Below are positions 33,510 through 38,830 of a DNA stretch of 38,830 nucleotides, piece by piece. This stretch comes from a virus (taxonomy: Duplodnaviria; Caudoviricetes), in IMG/VR virus record IMGVR_UViG_3300048851_000195, positions 1 through 38,830 of that record. One strand, given 5' to 3'. The notes under the pieces were generated by a model. It ran no database searches. It saw only the letters and a list, made by a program, of their open reading frames with translations, and was not told the DNA's origin. The translations under genes were made by a program, and so were the position numbers. Positions within the stretch are counted from its first letter, which is position 1, and the number at the start of each line of letters is the position of its first letter.

Positions 33510-33952
33510 CCTTTTTTCTCTGACACCCACGCCTCTGAATAGGTACGGTTTAGATATATTATCCGTATCTGTAATGAGTGGTTGATTAGGCTGTTAGCGG
33601 TGTTATGTGGAGTATGTCGAGGTATGACTTCCATTCGTTTGTGGCATTGCCAAAAGAATAGCCGACCTCTGAACTCTTAGGTTGCCCTGGTTTCTAGCCA
33701 TGTTAGTTTGCTAGGGTAGAGGTACGACTGAGTACCGAGAGCCACATGCTCCACCGGGTACTCTGCTGTATTAGGCTACCAACACACCTGCCGGCTGATG
33801 TGCGAACTATTCGCAGGAGCTTGGAAGAGCTGATTGAAAGCCGAACAATGGGAGCAGCGCCATAGAGCTGTCACACAGACGCTCTTCCGCTAGGGTAGCA
33901 CAAGGTAGCTTCTCGACCGTTCCACTATCAGGAAGACGCGTTCCTGGCGCTC

Positions 33953-34135
33953 CTAGAGCCCAATGGCGTTTGCTACAGCCATGTCGTGCTCCACAGTCTC
34001 TAGGTCCATCGCTAGGAGCAGGTCTCGCATATCAGCGGGAAGCGGCTCACTCGAAGTGGCCACAAGAGCAGCCCGCATGAGGTTGCCCAGGTAGTTGTGG
34101 TAGTCTGTGTTGTCTACGACTAGATGCAATGCCAT
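33953..34135 (-). CDS. NepR-like anti-sigma factor
   Basis: LGNLMRAAL...EPLPADMRDLLLAMD matches the NepR core (G..LR......EP.P....DLL..LD); GGGG RBS before ATG 34135. Confidence 0.6.
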   Translation of the reverse strand: MALHLVVDNTDYHNYLGNLMRAALVATSSEPLPADMRDLLLAMDLETVEHDMAVANAIGL

Positions 34136-34274
34136 ATTAACTTCCCCGTTAGAAGTCACAGCTATAAAGCCTGCATGAAGTCCGCGCGAGCAAAGATGCT
34201 GGGAGAACGCGAGGCGCGGTTTTCAATCGACAGAACCAAAGCCTTTGATTAAATCGACGCAAACGGGGGACGGT

Positions 34275-34598
34275 ATGAAACGGGCTATCGTAGCAGCGGC
34301 TTCGATCTTGATGTTCAGCACGAGCGCAGATGCCGCGTACATGAGCGGAAATGACCTATTGGCGAAGTGCGAGGGGAGTAGCCTCGACCAGATCACCTGT
34401 ATGTCATACATTATTGGCGTGGCCGACGCACAAGGCGGGTTGCTTGAAGGTGCAAAGCTGCAATCCGTTGCGATGCCTGCCGGTGTGAAACCTGGTCAGC
34501 TTCAGGCCATCGTAGTGAAGTACATGAAGGAGCATCCTGAAATGCTTCACTATGAAGCCGCTCAGCTGGTTTACATCGCCTTGAAACGATCTTTCTAA
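34275..34598 (+). CDS. Rap1a/Tai-family T6SS amidase immunity protein
   Basis: Signal peptide, SGNDLLAKC...CMSYIIGVAD...QLQAIVVKYMKEHPEMLH..AA.LV..AL...F. Confidence 0.88.
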   Translation: MKRAIVAAASILMFSTSADAAYMSGNDLLAKCEGSSLDQITCMSYIIGVADAQGGLLEGAKLQSVAMPAGVKPGQLQAIVVKYMKEHPEMLHYEAAQLVYIALKRSF

Positions 34599-34613
34599 CC
34601 AGCGGGGCTACCT

Positions 34614-35168
34614 TCATTCCGCGTCGGGATCGTAGTCCTCGCTGAACTCCCCATCCTGTACGGAAGGCGGAACACCAAACGTCCACTGCGGCATTGCGAC
34701 GTTGATCGAACCAGTGTGATCCACCTGGACGTTATCACCCCATGCCTTGCGATTGGATCGAGCCGCGATCCACTTGATGTTGTCGCTGAGCAGCTTCTTT
34801 GCCGTGTCACTCAGAGTGGTGTCGTAGGGAATCTCATATAGTCGCTCTACCTGAGCGTGCTGACCCTGAGCACAAGCAATGGCTAGGCGCTTGTCGAACT
34901 CGTCGTCCATAGCGGCCAGATTGCGGATCACATTGGGATCAACACCGATCTCCCTGCACACTGTAGACAGGATATGCCCGCCACGCAGACGGTACAGGAT
35001 GATCTCTTTGTGCTCCTCGCTGATAGACCGCCATGCGTTCGTATCGCTCTCAGCGAGGTTGCGGTCGGCTAACTCAGATAGAGCCTTTGCACTCTCAGCC
35101 GTCTTGGCAGCGCACTGGATCGCTCGTTTCGATTTCTCGTCTAGCTTGGGGAGTTTCTTTTGGGCCAT
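34614..35168 (-). CDS. terS: Terminase small subunit (Sf6 gp1-like)
   Basis: ILYRLRGGHILSTVCREIGV HTH and KLLSDNIKWIAARSNRKAWGDNVQVDHTG. Confidence 0.85.
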   Translation of the reverse strand: MAQKKLPKLDEKSKRAIQCAAKTAESAKALSELADRNLAESDTNAWRSISEEHKEIILYRLRGGHILSTVCREIGVDPNVIRNLAAMDDEFDKRLAIACAQGQHAQVERLYEIPYDTTLSDTAKKLLSDNIKWIAARSNRKAWGDNVQVDHTGSINVAMPQWTFGVPPSVQDGEFSEDYDPDAE

Positions 35169-35173
35169 AAAGC

Positions 35174-35179
35174 TATTTA
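35174..35179 (-). promoter_or_regulatory. TAAATA box, leaderless start
   Basis: TC-TAAATA-GCTTT-ATG. Confidence 0.7.
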
Positions 35180-35212
35180 GAGATTAGGGGGCTGAGCAGG
35201 GGATCGTGCTGA

Positions 35213-36031
35213 ATGAGTGATTATGGGCAGACGTTGGCGCAGGAAGTGTCGGGCATCTTCCGCGAACTGGCCAAAGAGCCGAACCGCAAGATGATCACTG
35301 CTTTCGCGGATTTGTCTGAAGCAGACGCCGGCTCTGTGGAGTTCCTGACCGCGTTGGCGGTCGTTCAAAGAAAATGTGACCAGCTTGTAGCGGATATTCA
35401 TGCGAGCAAGTTGCGGGAGGGGAGCAAGGACCTCTACGCCGGGGCTGTCCAATCTCTAGAAAAGTATATCTCTATCGCAGGCCTTCTAGAGTATAAAAAT
35501 CACCAATTGAGAAGTGAGACGCAGGCGTTTGAATATCTTGTTCTCGTTGACGATAATCTCGCTCCGTTGGAAGACCGGGAAATCGACGAGCAATCTGTTG
35601 AAGAAATAGTCGAACTTGCCGAGCGAATGCTTAAAGACCTAAACGCCGCGGACATGGATCCGCGTCTCAAGGCCTTTCTGGAACGTCAGATAAAGCATTT
35701 CCTGTGGACGATTCACTCCTTTGAACTGGTCGGTGTTGAAGGTCTCTCGCAGGCTTGGGGTGCAATGACTGCCGAGATACATCGGAGCAAGGGCATGTCG
35801 GGCGCGAAGAAGCCGGAAGCGGAGGCATGGTACAAGAAGGCTTTGCCAATTCTCGGCGCGATAGGTCTCGTCGTCACCTCGGCTAGTGCGACAGTCGAGC
35901 AGGCCGACAATCTGCTTACCCACGGGCAGCACATCATCGGGGTAGTGACCGGTCACGACGACGACTCTGCTGACGACAAGGGCGGCGGAAAAGAGTCGGA
36001 CGGCAAGGCTGCTGCCAAGGCGGCCGGTTGA
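35213..36031 (+). CDS. Hypothetical helical protein with C-terminal hydrophobic segment
   Basis: 272-aa ORF ending 3 nt before the Abi-like gene. Confidence 0.75.
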   Translation: MSDYGQTLAQEVSGIFRELAKEPNRKMITAFADLSEADAGSVEFLTALAVVQRKCDQLVADIHASKLREGSKDLYAGAVQSLEKYISIAGLLEYKNHQLRSETQAFEYLVLVDDNLAPLEDREIDEQSVEEIVELAERMLKDLNAADMDPRLKAFLERQIKHFLWTIHSFELVGVEGLSQAWGAMTAEIHRSKGMSGAKKPEAEAWYKKALPILGAIGLVVTSASATVEQADNLLTHGQHIIGVVTGHDDDSADDKGGGKESDGKAAAKAAG

Positions 36032-36034
36032 GCA

Positions 36035-36958
36035 ATGGCGCTCCCGCAGACCTACTCTAGACGAAAGCGCATCCGAGATCAGGAGGGGAAGACGCTTGAG
36101 CTGCGGACCTCGCCATTCGGTCAGAAGCTGCTGAATCAGATATTCAGCGCGTTCCAGGTCATCGACCATCACCTCGGCGCGATGGGCGAGCCACTGTTCC
36201 GTGCGCTAGTCGCCCACACGAGAACCGAATTAGGTGTACCGGCTCTCAGCCAGGGCAAGACGTTCCAGGAGGAGTTCTACTGGTGGTGGTTGTCCGAGAA
36301 CCAGTTTGGTTGTCCCAATCACGACTACCGACTTGATGCCATCGAAATAGCCTGTGTCTGGCCGTTCGAATTTATCCGAGAGCTGTCGGCGACCGAGCCG
36401 GAGATGGCATACAGGCCCGCCCAAGAGATCAGTCGCGTCGTGCGAGAGTTGAACGCACGAATGGCGGAGGATGGCTTCGGCTATCGTTTCGAAAATGGGC
36501 AGGTGATCGAGGTCACGTCCGAATACCTCTATGACACCGCCATCGCGCCGGTCCTTGGCCTCACCTCGGACGAGGACTTCGCGGCAGTCGATCAGGAGTT
36601 CAGGGACGCCCTTGCGGAGTTGCGCGCGGATAACTTCGACGATTGTATCGCGGATTGCGGCAACGCGCTTGAGAGTACTTTGAAGGTCATTGCGGATAAG
36701 AAGCAGTGGCCCGTAAAGCCGAATGATCGTGCTGCCTCTTTGATTAACATGGCTTTTGAGCAGCAACTAATCCCCGGCCACCTTCAATCGCAGTTCACCG
36801 GTCTGCGCTCCGTTATCCAGGGCATCCCCACGATGCGGAACAACGAGGGTGGCCATGGTGCTGGCATAAATCCTCGTGTCGTGGAAAAGTACTTCGCAGA
36901 GTATATGGTTCAGCAAACTGCCGCTGCGATTCTGTTCCTAATTCGTGCCGCAGATTAG
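36035..36958 (+). CDS. AbiJ-N-terminal / Abi_C-type abortive-infection-like protein (STM4504/CBY_0614-like)
   Basis: TYSRRKR start, ELNARMAEDGFGYRFENGQVI, ALESTLKVI and RNNEGGHGAG (HEPN-like RxxxxxH). Confidence 0.8.
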   Translation: MALPQTYSRRKRIRDQEGKTLELRTSPFGQKLLNQIFSAFQVIDHHLGAMGEPLFRALVAHTRTELGVPALSQGKTFQEEFYWWWLSENQFGCPNHDYRLDAIEIACVWPFEFIRELSATEPEMAYRPAQEISRVVRELNARMAEDGFGYRFENGQVIEVTSEYLYDTAIAPVLGLTSDEDFAAVDQEFRDALAELRADNFDDCIADCGNALESTLKVIADKKQWPVKPNDRAASLINMAFEQQLIPGHLQSQFTGLRSVIQGIPTMRNNEGGHGAGINPRVVEKYFAEYMVQQTAAAILFLIRAAD

Positions 36959-36990
36959 CGCTTTAATCACCACACTTCAACATGCGCACT

Positions 36991-37698
36991 TCAGTCGGTT
37001 AGCCACGGGCAATAATCGATCATGGCTCCAGCGACACCTTCAACGTAAAGCTGTGTTTTATCCGCCCCACGATCGATGCGGGCTCGCCATTCTTTCGATG
37101 ACCTTCTCCAGAGCCACCGATGCTCTTGCTTCCATCCCTTGGACCGACCCGCTTCCGTTTGGCCAATCAGATTGACTAAACCCAGTTGATCGAGTGACAC
37201 GTCATCGAAGTGTTCATCATGGTGCGTGGAATTGCGCTCGGCGATCTCCTGTCGAAAGACTTTCTTGTAGTCCTTCACGAAATCTCCGGTGTTGAATGCC
37301 GCTGGCGCTATGGTCGCGCTTAGAGCATTCATCATCTTCTTCAACCGTTCGCTAAATTCATAGACACGGCTAAAATATAGTTCGATCATGTAGCGCAAAT
37401 GATCTTCGGTCGAGATGCCAAGTCGGTGGTCAGGAGCGTGCCGCAGGTATGAGGAGCAGGCTCGCATTCCACGGACGGTCGCGTTCAGATGTAGCCACGC
37501 CATCATAGCGGCGTGCTGCGCGTCCATCTCAGCCGAAAGCTCGAACATATCTGGCAAATCGGCGGGTTTCCGCGCTCCGTCGCCATGAGCCAGCGTGAAC
37601 GAGATTTTTGCCCTGTTCCACTCTCTCCAGCCGGGCACGGCCTGGAGACGTTCAGACCATTTCACGAAGGCAGCATAGACTTCCTGGCTTCTCGTCAA
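36991..37698 (-). CDS. HEPN-domain protein (Cthe_2314-like)
   Basis: HLRYMIELYFSRVYEFSERL and ERNSTHH (RxxxxH). Start codon uncertain. Confidence 0.65.
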   Translation of the reverse strand: MTRSQEVYAAFVKWSERLQAVPGWREWNRAKISFTLAHGDGARKPADLPDMFELSAEMDAQHAAMMAWLHLNATVRGMRACSSYLRHAPDHRLGISTEDHLRYMIELYFSRVYEFSERLKKMMNALSATIAPAAFNTGDFVKDYKKVFRQEIAERNSTHHDEHFDDVSLDQLGLVNLIGQTEAGRSKGWKQEHRWLWRRSSKEWRARIDRGADKTQLYVEGVAGAMIDYCPWLTD

Positions 37699-37929
37699 TC
37701 CTAGTCTTCCTCACAAAGCGATGATGGCTCGCAGCTGAGGCAGCCATAGCCCGAGCTACGTCCTTCGAGGAAGATCGCTACGCTCTCAGGTCTGTCGTCC
37801 CGATGCTGCCGTGCAGTCATTTATGGACGGGACCGAGAGCTCGTCGTGCCCAAGATCGTTCAAGGGCGTGGTTCCCTTTCTAAGCGCGAGTCCTACGCTC
37901 GTCTGCATGTCCACGGAGGCCAACACGGC

Positions 37930-38172
37930 TCATGCTGCAGCCCACGCCAGTTTGAACATCGCCGCGTCGGACTTCTCTTCGAAGAACACGATCAGGTGGG
38001 GATTGGGGCGGGTTGCCCCTACAATATCATAGCGAGCCCTGGCCATTTTCCGAAGCCATTCGTTTACCTCATAGACTTCTTGATCCACCAGAAAGCCCGT
38101 TGCGATTCTGGTCCATTGATTTGGATGTTCGTCGTAGCTTCCTGCGATAACGAAGGCTGAGATTTCGGTCAT
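37930..38172 (-). CDS. Small phage protein with C-terminal FEE..DAAMFKLAW motif
   Basis: AGGAG RBS and TAAATA box; shares its motif with 7415-7708; divergent from the recombinase. Confidence 0.75.
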   Translation of the reverse strand: MTEISAFVIAGSYDEHPNQWTRIATGFLVDQEVYEVNEWLRKMARARYDIVGATRPNPHLIVFFEEKSDAAMFKLAWAAA

Positions 38173-38205
38173 TGTAAGCTCCTGCAATGTGGTTTCTGTC
38201 GCAGG

Positions 38206-38211
38206 TATTTA
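38206..38211 (-). promoter_or_regulatory. TAAATA box
   Basis: AA-TAAATA-CCTGC; the CCTGC can pair with GCAGG at the SD. Confidence 0.7.
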
Positions 38212-38305
38212 TTCGCGGGCATTCTCCAGGTTCTGCATCTGGAGAGTAGGAATTGGTTGCCCTGCATGGAGACTGGCAGCAAATAGCTTGGGAAGGAGAC
38301 AAGCA

Positions 38306-38830
38306 ATGCGTGCCCCGATTAAAGAAGCGCAGGAGTTTGAAACTGTTCTCAGCTACATCGAGACCATGGAGCGTCCCGCAATGTACCGGCTGATGATGCT
38401 GCTGAGCATCCGGCTAGGTCTGCGCCCCATGGAGATCGCTGGCCTGGACACCAGCTGGTTCCGGGGAGACGAGCTTCGCATTCCGCTGGGCTATTCCAAG
38501 CGCAAAAGCGGGCGCAGCTTGCCCATCAGCGAGGAAATCATCGAAGCGCTTTCTGCTCATATGGGTGAGCGCAATGGCCGCGTGTTCATCAACCGCAGCG
38601 GTGATCCATTCGATGCAGGCGGGATCGAGCGCGCATTTCGTCGGCTCTACAAAAACGCAGGGGTTGCAGGGTCGTGCTACTCAGGCCGTAGGACGCTGGC
38701 CACAAACCTCGTGGACAATGACGTTAGCATGGCCGTGGTGAGCAAGGTGCTTGGTCACTCCAACGTGCAGACGACGATGCACTACGTTGCTGTCACCGAT
38801 AATATGATGCGCAGAGCACTCTTTTCATAA
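38306..38830 (+). CDS. Tyrosine recombinase/integrase, catalytic domain only (174 aa)
   Basis: LGLR, YSK, YSGRR (in place of HxxR), LGH and TMHY; GGAAGGAG RBS before ATG 38306. Confidence 0.9.
   Translation: MRAPIKEAQEFETVLSYIETMERPAMYRLMMLLSIRLGLRPMEIAGLDTSWFRGDELRIPLGYSKRKSGRSLPISEEIIEALSAHMGERNGRVFINRSGDPFDAGGIERAFRRLYKNAGVAGSCYSGRRTLATNLVDNDVSMAVVSKVLGHSNVQTTMHYVAVTDNMMRRALFS

Larger units (their letters stand above)
346..38830. mobile_element. Integrated siphovirus-type prophage (right att probably just beyond the window)
   Basis: Terminase, portal, scaffold, capsid, connector, tail, lysis and replication genes, with a terminal tyrosine recombinase. The left edge coincides with a truncated host gene. 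Confidence 0.93.

Noticed and set aside
1-38830. CRISPR arrays, tRNA or rRNA genes
   Set aside because: No regularly spaced repeats or tRNA/rRNA-like sequences seen by eye.

Overview
The window is almost entirely one ~38.5 kb siphovirus-type prophage, probably in an alphaproteobacterium (Sphingomonadaceae-like, inferred from the gene families and an alpha-type LexA box). It appears to be inserted into a host HExxH 'vgr-related' gene: the 3' remnant is at 121-345, and the phage carries its own intact homologue at 386-841. The start of an IS481-family element is at 1-120. Left to right: a LexA-boxed three-gene operon, a degenerate primase-like gene, lysozyme plus T7-endonuclease-I-like resolvase, a structured non-coding control region, an SF2 helicase, a complete minus-strand head and lambda-like tail module, scattered morons (Rap1a/Tai immunity, NepR-like protein, PD-(D/E)XK, AbiJ/Abi_C-like, HEPN) and a catalytic-domain-only tyrosine recombinase. 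The main observation is regulatory. Sixteen core transcription units are preceded in sense orientation by a TAAATA/TAACTA box resembling T4-type late promoters. At six genes the box lies 4-5 nt before a leaderless start codon. At five or more it lies inside a hairpin that would hide the ribosome-binding site on read-through RNA. I could recognise no sigma factor, late activator or CI repressor, so the element may be silent until a trans-acting factor, possibly from a helper T4-like phage, is supplied. All protein calls are by-eye motif recognition; no database searches were run.
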